DNA of 38,443 nt from a bacterium (GTDB lineage Bacteria > Joyebacterota > Joyebacteria > Joyebacterales > Joyebacteraceae). Both the position numbers and the translations under genes were made by a program. The stretch's first letter is position 1, and every line of letters begins with the position of its first letter. A model generated the notes under the pieces. The model was not told the origin of the DNA, did not search any database, and saw only the letters and a list, made by a program, of their open reading frames with translations. The stretch is taken from the NCBI GenBank assembly GCA_025782345.1, contig JALGZG010000348.1:1-38443 (forward strand). The letters run 5' to 3'. Of this stretch, positions 37,480-38,443 are shown in pieces.

Positions 37480-38443
37480 CCCACGCCACGGCACGCGCGG
37501 CACGCACCGTCGAGATCGAGGGAGTGGGAGACGATGGGCTAAGGCAGACGCTGGATGCGAGCGGGCTGTCCTTCACGCTGGATGAGGCCAGGCGGATCGT
37601 CGAGCTCCTGGGCCGAGACCCCACGGTCGTAGAGGCCAACATCTTCAACACGATGTGGAGCGAGCACTGCTCCTACAAGAGCTCGCGCGAGGTCCTCAAG
37701 GAGTACCTTCCCACGGAGGCATCCAACGTGGTGCTCGGTCCCGGCGAGGATGCCGGGGTCGTGCGCTTCTGTGAGGTCGACGGGAAGAGCTACTGCATAA
37801 CCCTCGCGCACGAGAGCCACAATCACCCTTCTCAGGTCGTTCCTCGTTCCCAACGAGGGCGCCGCCACCGGCATCGGGGGCATCGTCCGCGATGTCTACT
37901 GCATGGGCGCCGACGTCATCGGCGTGCTCGACCCGCTCCGGTTCGGCGACCCCAACGGACGCCACGCGGAGCGAACGCGCGAGATAGTCCACGGCGTGGT
38001 CGAGGGCATCTGGCAGTACGGCAACGCACTGGGCGTCCCCAATCTGGGCGGCGACGTCTACTTCGACGAATCGTTCGACGAGAACTGCCTGGTCAACGTC
38101 GTGGCAGTGGGGCTCCTCGAAGAAGGCGACATGGTGCGGAGTCGGGCGCCGGCGGAGGCAGCGGACGTGCCCTACGACCTGGTGCTCGTCGGCAAGCCGA
38201 CCGACCCCTCCGGGTTCGGCGGCGCGACGTTCGCGTCTCGCGTCCTTGATGAGGAGAAGGCGCTGGACGACAAGTACGCCGTCCAGGTGCCTGACCCGTT
38301 CCTGAAGCGCATGCTGACCGTGGCAACAGAGGAGGTTATGAAGCTCCTCAATGCGCGCGGCGTGCCCATCGGTTACAAGGACCTTGGCGCGGGCGGCATC
38401 GCCTGCGTGACGTCCGAGCTGGGCGCGGCGGCGGGGCTCGGGG
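37476..38443 (+). pseudogene. purL: Phosphoribosylformylglycinamidine synthase subunit PurL, frameshifted by a 7-bp duplication; runs off the window
   Basis: MWSEHCSYKSS, EDAG, ESHNHPS, then in another frame NEGAATGIGGIVRD..MGA..LRFG..DLGAGG. TCGTTCC is duplicated at 37837-37850. Confidence 0.87.

Overview
High-GC bacterial chromosomal window, apparently from a diderm (it has Lnt and a secretin), with every supported gene on the + strand. Order: 3' end of an EF-G paralog, yebC-ruvC-ruvA-ruvB, a 220-bp highly structured spacer, queH-queA-tgt (queuosine), apgM, lnt, an ~11.4-kb type IV pilus cluster, then trxB, tldD-pmbA, a moxR/DUF58/bat operon, asd-ecfT-truA, transaldolase, an HtrA/DegP protease and the start of purL. 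The pilus cluster has two tandem PilX-like paralogs with large acidic C-terminal domains, MshEN-PilB, PilC, an aromatic-rich Cys-free major pilin, PilV/W-like minor pilins, PilMNO, a non-lipoprotein PilP-like protein and a minimal secretin, with two sigma-54-type promoters. Best candidates for new biology: this pilus system (duplicated tip pilins, a pilin meeting the e-pilin aromatic heuristic) and a candidate structured RNA switch upstream of queH-queA. Five conserved genes (trxB, batA, tal, htrA, purL) carry frameshifting multi-base deletions or a tandem duplication, and two more exact tandem duplications lie in intergenic DNA; these may be assembly artefacts or real decay. No rRNA, tRNA, CRISPR array or mobile element was recognised. 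All family assignments come from motif recognition by eye; no searches were run.
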